From assembly GCF_009914755.1 (NCBI RefSeq), contig NC_060930.1: a stretch of 64,000 bases of DNA; one strand, 5' to 3'. Source of the stretch: the human T2T-CHM13v2.0 reference genome, Homo sapiens. The number at the start of each line of letters is the position of its first letter. Position 1 is the stretch's first letter. Positions 14,760 through 27,625 of this stretch are shown piece after piece. The notes under the pieces were generated by a model that saw only the letters and a program-made list of their open reading frames with translations, did no database searches and was not told the DNA's origin. The position numbers and the translations under genes are program-made.

Positions 14760-17700
14760 ATGATCCATATCAAATCTCATACCTAATACAAGAAAATACA
14801 CAAAGAAAATTTTAAAATATTCTAAACTTTAGAATATATATCATATTCTCTAAATGAAGTTCAGTTTCAAACTCTATAAAAATTTAATAATTATCCTTTA
14901 AACAATGCCTCGTTAATAAGAGTCAAAATAGAAACTACAGAACAATTAGAAAAAGAGTTTTAAGAATACTCTATATATCAGCAAAAGAAACAAACACTTA
15001 AATGTTCAGAAGCTAAAGAATGCAAAAAAGCTAATTAGGTACCAAAAAACGAAACAAGAAAAGGAACAAAAATAAATATACCTAAGGTGGCTAGAAAAGT
15101 GTAACTCACAAAGTAAAAGTAGAAATTAATGATTTAGAAAACAAAAGAAAAAGTAAAATACAAATCAAAGAGCAGATTCTTTAAAAAGGAATCCAAATAA
15201 GATTAAAAACTACCAACTAATATAATTTGTAAAAAAAAACAGAGAATGCAGAAACACACAATAGAGAATGTGTTTGCAAATAATTACAGATTTCAGAAAA
15301 AACAAGAGCAATATGAGACTCTTGTCTTTATCTCTACAAAAATAGATGCAGCAACTACACGGAATGATTGATTTTCTATGTATATACAGAAATTGACATT
15401 CATTCTTTTGTAAAACATTTACTAATAAAATAGCATTACAATTAATAATTTTAAATAGCACTTCCATTAAAGTCAAGAAAAAGACAAGTACATTTAATAT
15501 TACTTAGTATTATTGGAAGTTATCAAAAAAAGAAACATACTATGATGTGTAGAATCTTTAAGTATTATTAGATACTTGGAAATTCTAAGAAACAACAAAA
15601 ATGCTAGTAAAGATAAGAGATTTCAGTATCAGTACAGCAGTTGATTCCAACAGTGATAAAATATTACCAACATGACCATATTCAAATATGATAAAAGAAA
15701 AAATACATTGGAAGAAATGACACCTGCTAAAAACAGATTTACCAAAAATGTATAGAACTCTATCTGCACATTAAAAACTGTTTTGAGGTGCAAAGAAGTC
15801 AAAAAATAAATTTTTTAAAAAACCACATTCTTAGTGTCAATATTGTAAAGATGTTATTTCCCCCAAACTAATCTATAAATGTAACTGGAGCAAGGTAAAA
15901 AATTAATAATAATAAGTTTTATTTGCATTGTAACAAACTGATTTCAATACATGTGGAAAAATAAACACAAAATAACCTGTAAAAATTTCAGAAATAGGAA
16001 TAATGTGAAGGCAATGACCTAGCGGATATTAAGACACAATGGAGTAGAGTAATTAGAACAGTTTGGTAAAGCTGTAGGAAGAGAAAGACAAATCAGTGAA
16101 ATTTAATAGTCAGAAAAGCCTTAACAATTTGATAAGTAACAAAGAAGACATTTTTTATTGTTGTTAGATCTCTTATTTCTTTTTTTTCATTTTCTTTAAC
16201 TTTTAAGTTCTATGGTACATGTGCAGGCTATGCAGATATGTTACGTAGGTAAACGTGCCATTTTCAGGCAGTGTGGAAATATTCACATGATATTGGGATA
16301 ATGGACTAGCCAATTGCAAAAATAAAATTATTAAATATTGTGCCACATTTTATGCCAAAGTAATTTTTAAATGGATAAATATTTAAATGCAAAAAGTAGA
16401 TGGTTAAAGTATGCAATATATAGTAAACCCATAAAGAAAACACATAAAGGAAATTGTTTTAAATATTTGCATGGGAAAAATGTCTGAATCCAAATTACAA
16501 AAATCAAATCATAAAATATTTGTAGAACATACAGCAAAGAATATATTTCCTAATACAAAACAAACTTTTACCAATTAATAAATAAACAATTATAAATTTT
16601 AAGAAAAAAGGCGGCAAATTTATGAACGCAGGTTGAATGGTGAGATATCAACAACAACACAAAGAAATAGCTCATAAGTTTAAGTAAAGAATTAAACTTT
16701 TTGCCTGAACAGACCTAGAGCCACCTGGAGCAGTGACTTTGCATCTGCCATATATTCTCTGAGTATGATTCAAAGATTCATACGCTTTGAAACTTCTAAA
16801 CTAATATAAATATGAAATATGAAATAATAACAGCCCTATATGACTGATTTGTGGATTCCACCTAGATTTTAAAAGGTATGATATCATATGGATGTTTTGG
16901 GCTTGCATGATTATAACATAAAAACATGGTGAAAACTCAGGAATGCAATTTCTCTATGTCAAGGCAAACCACTTTTATCCCATCTCCTAAAGATGAATAC
17001 CCCACATGTAAAGAGGAGTTGGGTTTGAGGGGAAAAGGGAGTTGCCTACAGGGGCTTTATTATTAGGGCTCTATTAAGGAGGCTGCAGATGGGGGCTTTG
17101 TATGGAAGCTTCAGGATCTCTAACTGAAATAAAAATGTGGTGTATTTAGTATTTTCCATCCAGGATCTATCTATAAAAGCTAAACTAGCATAGTATTAAA
17201 GTTATTCTGCCTTGTCAGTTTGACTGCTAATCTGAACTTGTGTTTAGTATTAGGACGTATGTACATTAAGTACTCTCAAATTAAAATGCAAATTAAAAGA
17301 AAAATAAATCATTTTTGCCTGTTATATTGGTGGGGTTTCATACTATTGGTGAAGATGTACAAAAATAAATATTCTTATATTTTAAAAGATACTTTCTTAA
17401 TATCTATAAAAATCAGAAATGCACACACCATTTTCACCAGCCATTTCACTTGTTGGAGTTAATCCCACAGAATAACTATTACATGCATGTACAAAATATA
17501 TGAATAGGCATGCTGCTTTTGGCATTGTTTATGATACAAAACTTTCTATCTAAAATATTTGAAATTAATTAACTTTAATACTAATTACTAGAGTACTCTT
17601 TAAAAATTGTGATACATGTATTTAACAAAATACCAAGCAAACATTTAAAATAATGAGGAAAATATTGGAACATACACATATAGAAAAGAATACTAAGAGT

Positions 17701-17990
17701 TATCTTATGTGAAGAAAGCAAAATAGAAAACTGTATGAATTTTTTAATTTATTTTTTAAAGTATGCACAGATGCCTGTTTTCCTATGGAGAATTTCTTGT
17801 TGAACATCCCAAGACTATTGGCTATTTTGAGACATAGGGCTGAGTTTCTGGAGTGGCAAGTGTATTCCTTTATTAATCTAAAATCCTTTGATATTGTTTG
17901 TTTTTACCACATGCATAAGCTACTTGAATAATAATACATATGCATTAAATATATACTTAAAATTTTTCTCAGAGTAGAGATTATTTTCAG
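14760..17990 (+). mobile_element. Highly diverged old L1M (ORF2 to 3'UTR remnants), interrupted
   Basis: Strong A skew; ORF2-like motifs such as caatattgtaaagatgttatttcccccaaactaatctataaat; boundaries approximate; ~16700-17250 may be unrelated. Confidence 0.6.
16170..16260 (-). mobile_element. Very short L1PA 3' end
   Basis: T-rich tail followed by aacttttaagttc..ggtacatgtgcagg..gttacgtaggtaaacgtgcca. Confidence 0.8.
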
Positions 17991-18069
17991 AATTAGAAAG
18001 AAAATACTACATTTGTAAAATACATGTTCATTGAGACTAGTCTGTAATATACCCAACAATCTGTATTAC

Positions 18070-18625
18070 GTATGTGGTAAATCAATTACATTAATGGATT
18101 TCATTCTTTACCCCTCCCAGCATTCAGGACCTTCACCGTATGACTTAAAGCTCTTCTCTCTAAAAGGCAAGGATTTATTTTCCTACACTTCAATTCTAGT
18201 TTATCTGGTGGCTTGTTTTGGTCAATGAAATGTGGCAAAAGTATGGTGTGCTAGTTAGAAGCCTAATCACCAAGAAGTCTTGCATATTTTGGCTTGCTTG
18301 TTCTTGCCCTCTACCATGGCCATGAAGACATTCTCAAGGTAATCTGCTGCATAAGAGACACAGAGACACATGGAAGAGAGCTAAATTGCCTCCATTGTCC
18401 CTGCTGAGGCCATTTAAATTACACAACAGCCAACTGATCCATTGAACTGTAAGTACAGCCAAGATCAGCATAACCAAGAATGTCATTCACCTACAGCTAA
18501 TGGCAAATGCATGTGAGCATAGTGCTTATTTGCCCAAATCAGCTTCACATACTGGTGAATTAAGTAAGTATTGTGGGGTGCCACTGAAGTTCTGTGGTTG
18601 TTTTGCAGCATTATTATACACAAAG
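18070..18625 (+). mobile_element. MaLR MLT1-type LTR
   Basis: cttgttttggtcaatgaaatgtggcaaaagt..aagaagtcttgca..gccactgaagttctgtggttgttttgcagca. Confidence 0.65.
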
Positions 18626-18819
18626 AAATACCAAACTATTAAGGTGATTCAAGTAATTGTTTTTATTTTTCAGGCAAATGGCATAAATCCTTGGAATAAG
18701 AAACATTGTACAATTGAAATAAAGTAATCTAAATAAAATGCCTCCCTTTGTTCTCATTTGGAACCCTGGAGAGAATTTTCTGGCTTTGTTGTTGCTTTTC
18801 TAAGGTTTTTATAACAGAA

Positions 18820-18972
18820 ATACTTCTCAAAATGTAATTTAAAATTACTTGAATCAGAATTAACTAGAGTGTTTCAAATAACAAGGCAGGTTTTGTTACT
18901 GGCCTACAATAAGTGAACCAGTTGATTATTTGGCACACTTACTTTGACAAAGATTTGAGAATTTCTGCCCTG
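18820..18972. mobile_element. MER5-like DNA transposon relic
   Basis: cttctcaaa.. and ..tttgagaa termini with internal gaatcagaat. Confidence 0.45.
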
Positions 18973-21959
18973 GGACAACAGATAAAGACTCATCACTTAT
19001 TTTTTTTTTCTCAAAACAGCAACAACAAAAAAGATTCTTATGAGACAATCTGAACAAGCACTTAAAGATGCTTACAGTTAATTTGGAAATAGTTGCTGCT
19101 GCTCTATATTAATACCAAGTAATGACACAACTACAAAAATTAGAAAGAATTAGGAAATTTCTGCATTAGAAAATATCCAAATATAGTAATTGATCTTATC
19201 TACAGTAGATACAAAAGGAACTTTGATTGCATGTTCATTTAAGATTCTTTGTACCAAGAAGTATAACTAAGCATACAAATCATTTATGGTTTATCATTTA
19301 TTTCTACACAAAAGACAAACAATGTGTCATTAACATCCCAAGCAAAGTCACCAGAGGAAATCTCATTCCAATTACTTTGTAAAGAGAATAAACACAATAA
19401 CTGCACTTCAACAAACTCACTGTGCTTTTTACAACAGATATAATGCTTCAGATGACAGATGCAGTGAATATAAAATTTCAGAATCATTCCTCTTTTGAGA
19501 ATATTCCACGACAATGTGATATTTTAGTTTCTCAGATGTTTGCTCAGAAGTTGACTAAAAGCTGATATTAATCCTCACTTTCATTAATATAAAAATGAAT
19601 GAAACATTAAACCCAAACTATCAACTTCTAGTAGATTTCTTGCCTCTAGTGTCTCCGATAAATATTATATATGATGTCTACAGTTTATTTTGTGTATTAT
19701 TTGGAGTCTTTTGCATCAAAAATAAAGCACCTCTGAAACCCTAACAATTAAAGATGCTAGGTGTGTATGATGGATCATATTTGTTGCGAGTATTTGGTCC
19801 TGTTACTGTGAAGAAAGAAATCGCTCTAGTCTGGGTCCGTATTTTACTCTTCTGTTTTCTGCTCCAAAGGCCAATGTTGCATTTAGTTTGTAGTAGACCC
19901 TCAATTCATGCCAGTAGAATGAATGAATAATGTTTGCTCAATGGGGAAGTAAAGGAGGTTCTTTTTTTGCGTATTCTATTGCAAAATGGACACACTCCAA
20001 ATGGGAGGCACTTGCTGAGGAGATGAGATGCTGGTGCAATATTGGTAAAAATCCACTAAACATATAAGGAAAGCAAGACCTGCTTAACACAAGCATAGTT
20101 TATTCTCTGAGCACTCCAATTCTGTTACTCTAGCTTTCTCTGTATACACTATGCTATTTTACTTTTATTAGAATTCTTGTAACTGTGTTTTCATATATAT
20201 GAGCCTAAAAACAAATAGCTTGAGTATAAAAAACAGGTGAAACCTCATATTTATAATTCATACTACTTTTTATTTCCAAGCAGGCATTATAAATATCAAG
20301 GCCTTTAATTAGGATAGAGCACTTTATAGTCAGAAATAGTGAAATCACCTACAGAATAGTAAGTTAAAGCATTTTGTGGAAAGGCCAAAAGCTATTATTA
20401 TTCACATTTTTACATTTGACAAACCCTTTAAATCTATTTGTATTGGGAGATATAAATTCTACAACTAGGATGGTGGCAACTTCATTGCCTAGGAACCACT
20501 TTTAATCTAGGCCACACCCTGAATTATACTGTTTTCTGACTTTTTGAAATTTATTTAAACTATTATTTTATTGTTTTTTTTCTATTCAAAGCATGTTTAA
20601 TAGTACTTCATATCACCTTAACTATTTCCAAAACTATTAAGTGGTAGTGAAACCAATATTTCAAACAATACTAACTTTGTAATATATATTTTAAAATGAA
20701 ATAATAGTAAAGAAGGGTTTTTCAGCCATATTTTTTTTCCATTTGAAAATTTCCTTTCTTCTTTTCCAGGAACCTTATAAGGAGTTTTACTACTAAGCAT
20801 TACAGAATTTCAGCTTCATATTATTACTAAACTCACCTCAGTAAAATCTCCTGAGAATGACCTTCATTTTGTCAGTGATTTAAGATAAAAATTCATTTTT
20901 CTTTAGAACAAAAAGAGTAAGCTAAAGTAGAGTTGAAACTTCTTTTTTCCACAACAAATTTTAATTTGGTGGTAGTATTGAATGTAATTTGCTTTAGTTA
21001 CATGGAAATTAGGTCTTTGAGAGCACAGCATTCTCATGAGGAAATTAATTTCAGGACTGTTTTGGAATAATCAGGCAGCCAGGAGCTGTGCAGGCCTGAC
21101 AATGGCTCTGTGGACTGTCTCTTACCATATCTGATAATGTGGCATCTTGCTGTGATGGTCTAAAATACAAGTGCTGATTGGGAGGAAAAAAAAAGGTAGG
21201 TTAATAAATGTTTAGAAAATAATTTTTTCCATATTTTAATCTCCAAGTGATCTAAGCCAAAATCATTTTAGTGTGTTCAATGTTTTCAACAGGGCAAATG
21301 CTCTTTAGCCAACATTTGATAGATATTTGAATTTATGTGTTGATAGAAAGAGGCACCACTGGACTCCAACTTTGAACCACTATGATGATTGCCAGTAATA
21401 GTAAATGTGTTGCTGTGCCATCAGGTGTGCATAAGCACCCTGAAAATTGTTTGCTGTCCAGAGGTTCAGTATGAAAGTTGTTTTATTAATTGATGATTCT
21501 CAGCATACCTTAACATTAATGGAGACCAAGTGAAATTAATATTTTAATGTTGGATGTGCAACTGGGTCTTTTTACATTGTCACTAAATCCTACTTATTTT
21601 CTCATATATCTAACCACTAACCAGATTTTGTTAATTCTTTTCTGAATGTAGCACAAATTTATCCTTTTCTTCTCCACTGATATCATAATCCTGACTCAGT
21701 CTGTCATGAGCAACCAAATAATAACTATGTACCACTGAGTGTCTCCTGTGTGTCGACATTTCCCCCATTACTCATTGGATTCTTCGAACCACCCATCAAG
21801 GCAGTATTCTTGTTCAAACAGCATGTTTCTAATAGGGTTGCATAGGCATTACATTATTATTATAGATATGTATTGAATATCTATAAAATGGACTTAGCAG
21901 AGTGACCAGTAAATTTAAGTACTCCACAACTGTTATCCATCATCACCAATCATCATCCT

Positions 21960-22100
21960 CATTATTATTACCATGTTACACATGGAGAAAATAAGGTTCT
22001 TAGAGGCTAAATTTTCCAAGGTCAAAAAGCTACAAAAGAACAGAGTCAGGATTTGAACCCAGATCTGCCTAATTCTAAAGCTCCTGTTCCAAATGCCTAT
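21960..22100 (-). mobile_element. MIR fragment
   Basis: ccaaggtca..gctac..agagtcaggatttgaacccagatctgcctaattctaaagc. Confidence 0.75.
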
Positions 22101-22193
22101 CATAGCCTGTTACTTTGCTTTCCATTTCTCTTAATAATTCAACAAATATATTTAATGCAATTGATATTTGCACAAAATGGTGAAAGCATAAAA

Positions 22194-22351
22194 TAGATGT
22201 GTTCCTTGCTTCAAGTGCTTCAAGGAGCTTAGTAAGGGCTATAATGCATAAACATGTATACACTAAATCATACTAATTAGTGTATGCATGAAGCACTCCA
22301 TTATAGCCTTTACTAAGTTCCTTGAAGCACTTAAAGCAAGGAACATATCTA
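22194..22351. repeat. Long inverted repeat (53-bp arms, 49/53 complementary, plus a 14-bp inner stem) in an L2-like relic
   Basis: 22194-22246 pairs with 22299-22351; 22253-22266 pairs with 22277-22290 (13/14); 10-nt loop. Confidence 0.95.
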
Positions 22352-23210
22352 ATGTAGCAAGCCAGTGTCTTTTACCTAAAGAGAAGATAGTAAATAATTA
22401 AATATATGCATTTAAATATCTATAATGAAAAACAGGAAGTGAAAACATGCCATAAGAAGATAGGCATAAATGTGGGAGGTCAGAGAGGAGAGAGAATTTT
22501 CAGCAGGAAATAAGAAAGGCTTCATGCAAGAGGTAGATTGCCTTTAGAGGGATCCATTTTCCCATCTCTTCAGCAACATATAAACAGTTTCTCGGTCCCC
22601 ATATCAACACTGCTTCAAGATCAATCTTCCATTACTGCAATATTCATTGTGTCATTTTGTCATTCTAGTTCCTACACTGGGAGTGGTATGGTATATTAAA
22701 GAGGTTGTTGTCTCAGGAGTTAAAAAACAAACAAAAAACAAAACAAAACAAACAAACAAACAAAACACGTACTCTGCTACTTCTAGCATTCCATTATTTC
22801 CTCTGTAAAGTCCAGGGGGGGAAAATAAGCTATCAGAATACTTTCATACCATTAGTATTAGGAATTCTTCTTGTCATCAATTACAGCTAGGGAAATCAAT
22901 CGGTCAAGATAAGTTAGCAAACAAATAATGGAGGATAATGCAAGGTGAATTAGTAAATAGGAGTTTCAAACAAGTTTTCTGATTCTACTTCTGGTTATAG
23001 TGATTTATTGTATCTATAGTCCAACCAAAGAATTTTTCTCATTCAAAACATTTCAGAATGTGGTTCTATTTTACCTCTTTCAATGGTAGTATTTATGTCT
23101 CCCTACCCATTATTATTCACTTTAGTAGTCAGTCCCTTACATCTCCAAAAGCCATGATCATTATTATTGCTAGGATTTACCCATATTATTCTATTGGTAA
23201 TTCTATTCTT

Positions 23211-24604
23211 TTTTACCTATATTTAAAAAAAATTAATTATTAAAAAAATTTTGGAAGTACATTGTAGGTGTGTATCTTTATGGGGTACATGAAATGTTTT
23301 GATGCAGGCATGTAATGTGAAATAAGCACATCATAGAGAATGGGATATCCATCCCCTCAAGCATTTATCCTTTGATTTATGAACAATCCAATTACATTCT
23401 TTAAGTTATTTCAAAATATACATTTAAGTTATTACTAACTATAGTCAACCTGTTGTGCTATCAAATAGTAGATTTCATTAATTCTTTCTAATTTTTTTGT
23501 ACCTATCAACCATCCCCACCTGCCCACCAACCACCCCAGGCTATGGTAACTGTCTATTACTCTCTTTTTACTTTTACTCTCTATCTCCATGAATTCAATT
23601 GTTTTAATTTTTAGAACCCACAAATAAGTGAAAGCATGCAATGTTTGTCTTTCTGTGCCTGGCTTATTTCATTTAACATAATGATCTCCAGTGCCATCCA
23701 TGTTGTTGCAAATGCCAGAATCTCATTCTTCTTTATGGCTGGTGAGTACTCCATTATCTATTTGTATCACGTTTTCTTTATCTATTCATCTGTTGATGGA
23801 CACTTAGGTTGCATCCAAAACTTAGCTATTGTAAACAGTGCTGCAACAAATACAGGAGTGAAGATATCTCTTCAATATACTGATTTTCTCTCTTTTGGAT
23901 ATATACACAACAGTGGGAATGCTGGATCATATGGTAGCTCAATTTTTAGTATTTTGGGGAACTTCCAAATTATGGTTGTACTAATTTACATTCCCACCAA
24001 CAGTGTACAGGTTCCCTTGTCTCCATATCCTCACCAGCATTTTTTATTGCCTATCTTTTGAATATAAGTCATTTTAACTGGGAGAGATGATATCTCATTG
24101 TAGTTTTGATATGCATTTCTCTGATGATTAATGATATTGAGCACATTTTCATATGCCTGTTTGCCATTTGTATGTCTTCTTTTGCAAAATGTCTATTCAA
24201 ATATTTTGCCCATTTTCTGATCACATTATTAAATTTTTTCCTATAGAGTTGTTTGAGCTCCTTACATATTCTGGTTATTGACCTTTTGTCAGAGGGGTTA
24301 GTGTGCAAATATTTTCTCCCATTCTGTGGGTTTTCTCTTCACTTCGTTGATTGTATCCTTTGCTGTGCAGAAGCTTTTTAACTTGATGAGATCCCATTTG
24401 TCCATGTTTGCTTTGGTTGTCTGTGCTTATGCGGTATTGCTCAAGAAATCTTTGTCCAGATGAATGTCCTGGAGATTTTCCCCAATGTTTTCCTGTAGTA
24501 GTTTTATAGTTTGAAGTCTTAAAGTCTTTAATCCAGTTTGATCTTTTTTTTTTTTTTTGTATAGTGAGAGATAGAGGTCTAGGTTCCTTCTTTTGCATAT
24601 AGAT
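23211..24604 (-). mobile_element. L1MA (L1MA1-3-like) 3'UTR and ORF2 C-terminus
   Basis: aataagcacatcat.gagaatggg.tatccatcccctcaagcatttatcc; ORF 24069..24308 gives an ORF2-like peptide ([18 protein letters not shown]). Confidence 0.92.
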
Positions 24605-24905
24605 TGATATGGTTTTGCTGGGTCCCCACCCAAATCTCATCTTGAATTGTAGTTCCCATAATCCCCAAGTGTCATGGGAGGGACTAAGTGGTTTTATAAA
24701 GGGCTTCCATCTTTGCTTGTCTCTCAAACTTCTGTCTCCTGCCACTATGTGAAAAAGGATGTGTCTGCTTCCCCATCTGCCATGATTGTAAGTTTCCTGA
24801 GGACTTCCCAGCCATGCAGAGCTGCAAGTCAATTAAACCTCTTTCTTTTATAAATTACCCAGTCTCAGGTATTTCTTCATAGCCATGTGAGAAGGAACTA
24901 ATACA
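24605..24905 (+). mobile_element. THE1D-like LTR with internal deletion
   Basis: Starts tgatatggttt.gctg.gtccccacccaaatctcatcttgaattgtag, ends ctaataca; only 301 bp. Confidence 0.9.
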
Positions 24906-25960
24906 GTAAATTGACACCTCAGAGAGTGGGGCATTGTTGTAAAGATACCCAAAAATGTGGAAGCAACCTTGGAACTGGGTAACAAGAAGCAGTTGGAACA
25001 GTTTGGAGGGCTCAGAAGACAGGAAGATGTGGGAAAGTTTGGAACTTTCTAGAGATTTGTTGCATGGTTTTGCCAAAAATGCTGATAGTGATATGGACAA
25101 TGAAGTCCAATCTGAATTGGTCTCAGATGGAGATAAGAAACTTGCTGGAAACTGGAGTAAAGGTGACCCTTGCTATGCAAAGAGACTGGCTGCATTCTGC
25201 CCCTGCCCTAGAGACCTGTGGAACTTTAAATTTAAGACAGATGATTTAGGGTATCTGGGGGAAGAAATTTCTAAGTGGCAAAGCATTCAAGAGGAAGCAG
25301 AGCATAAAATTTTGGAAAACTTGAGAAAACCACATTGTCTAGGGGAGAAATTCAAGTCAACTGCAGAAATTTGCGTAAGTGACGAGAAGTCAAATGTTAA
25401 TCACTAAGACAATGGGAAAAATGTCTCCAGGACATGGCAGAGACCTTCATGGCAACCCCTCCCATCACAGGCCTGGAGACCTAGGAGGGAAAAACGGTTT
25501 TGTGGGACAAGCCCAGGGCCCCCAGTGCTTTATGCAGCCTTGGGACATGATGCCGCGAATCTCAGCTGCTTCAGCTCTAGCTGTGGCTGAAAGGGGTCAA
25601 TATACTGCTCAGGCCATTGCTTCAGAGAGTGCAAGCCTCAAGCCTTGGTGACTTACCTGTGGTGTTGGAACTGTGGGTGCACAGAAGTCAAGAATTGAGG
25701 TTTGGGAACCTCTGCCGAGATTTCAGTGGCCTGTATGGAAATGTTTGGATGTCCAGGCAGAAATTTGCTGCAGGAGCAGACCCTTCATTGAGAATCTCTG
25801 CTAGGGCAGTGTGGAAGAGAAATGTAGGGTTGGAGCCCCCACAGAAAGTTCCCATTGGAGCACTGTCTAATGGAGCTGTGAGAAGAAGGCCACCACCCTC
25901 CAGACCCCAGAATGGTAGATCAACTGACAGCTTGCATTGTGTGTCTGGAAAATCCACATA
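24906..25960 (+). mobile_element. THE1-int, 3'-truncated
   Basis: gtaaattg..agtggggcattg..aagatacccaaaaatgtggaagc..ccagaccccagaatggtagatc; no 3' LTR. Confidence 0.92.
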
Positions 25961-26847
25961 TACTCTCTTTTGTGACATAGGCAGTTATAGCTATAAATTT
26001 TCCTCTTAGTACTGTTTTTTCTGTATTCCATAGGTTTTGGTATGTTGTGTTTCCATTACCATTTGTTTCAATAAAATTTTCAATTTTCTTTTTAATTTCT
26101 TCTTTGATCCACTAGTCATTCAGGAGAATATTGTTTAATTTTCATATATTTGTACAGTTTCCAATATTTCTCTTGTTATTAATTTCTAGTTTTACTTCAT
26201 TCTAGTCAAACAATATGCTTGATATTATTTCAATTTTTTTAATGTTTTAAGACTTGTTTTGTGACCTAACACATGGTCTATCCTTGAGAATGATTTATGT
26301 GCTGAGGAAAAGAATGTTTATTTTGCAGTTCTTGTTTGATAAAATGTTTTGTAAATATCTATTAGGCCAATTTTGTCTACAGTGCAATGAAATCTGATGT
26401 TGCTTTGTTGATTTTCTGTCTGGAAGATCTGTCCACTACTAACAGTGGGGTGTTGAAGTCTCCAGCTATTGTTGTATTAGGGCCTCTCTCTCTCTTTCAC
26501 ATTAATAATGTTTCCTCTATATACCTGGGTGCTCCTGTGTTGGGTGCATATATATTTAAAGTTGTTATATCCTCTTGCTGAATTGACATCTTTATCATTG
26601 TATAGAGACCTTCTTTGTCTTTTCTTGTAATTTTTATCTTGAAATCTATTTTGTCTGATACAAGTATAGCAACTCCTGATCTTTCTTGTTTCCATTGGCA
26701 AGGAAATATATTCGTCCATCCTTTTATTTTCAGTCTATGTGTGTCTTTAGGGGTGAAAGATGTTTCTTGTAGGCAAGAGCTCAATGGGTGGTGTTTTTTC
26801 ATCCATTCAACTAGTCTACTTTTTGGATTAGAGAGTTTAGTCCATTT

Positions 26848-27015
26848 ATATTCAATGTTATTATTGATAACTAAAGACTTACTCCTGACATTTTGTTATT
26901 TGTTTTCTGGTTGTTATGTGGTCTTCTCTTCATATTCAATGTTATTATTGATAACTAAAGACTTACTCCTGACATTTTGTTATTTGTTTTCTGGTTGCTA
27001 TGTGGTCTTCTCTTC
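26848..27015. repeat. 84-bp tandem duplication (83/84 identical)
   Basis: atattcaatgttattattg..ggtcttctcttc at 26848 and 26932. Confidence 0.97.
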
Positions 27016-27335
27016 CTTCTTTGTTTCATTCCTGTCTTCCTCTAGTGAAGATGATTTTCTCTAGTGATATGAATTAGTTTCTCACTTTTTATTTTGTTTT
27101 GTATTCATTGTATGGCTTTTGGTTTGAGGTTACCATAAGGCTTGCAAATACTATCTTATAACTCATTATTTTAACCTGATAACAATTTAACACTATTTGT
27201 ATAAACAAACAAACAAGAAAAGTAAAACTTTAATAAAAACTCATTTAATTTTGTCTCCTGGTTTCTTAACTTTTGTTGTTTCTATTTTTATCCTATTGTA
27301 GTGACCACATCTTGAAAAGTTGTTGTAATTATTAT

Positions 27336-27625
27336 ATGTTTTTAAGATTGAGTTTTGCTCTGTCACCCAGGCTGGAGTGCAGTGGCATGATCTCAGCTTG
27401 CTGCAACCTCTGTCTCTTGGGTTCAAGTGATTCACCTGCCTCGACCTCCTGAGTAGCTGGAGTTACAGGTGCCCACCACCACACCAGATAATTTTTGTAC
27501 TTTTAGTAGAGACGGGGTTTCACCATGTTGGCCAGGCTAGTCTCGAACTCCTGACTTCAGGTGATCTGCCCATGTTGGGCTCCCAAAGTGCTGAGAGTTA
27601 CAGGCATGAGCCACCGTGCCCAGCC
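27336..27625 (-). mobile_element. Alu (AluSx-like) inserted in L1MA
   Basis: Antisense Alu with a very short tail; TSD tgta(a/g)ttattat at 27324-27335 and 27626-27637. Confidence 0.96.

Noticed and set aside
24955-25407. 150-aa ORF as a functional MaLR protein
   Set aside because: It is a decayed THE1-int frame, and the homologous copy at 63352-64000 has no matching plus-strand ORF in the track.
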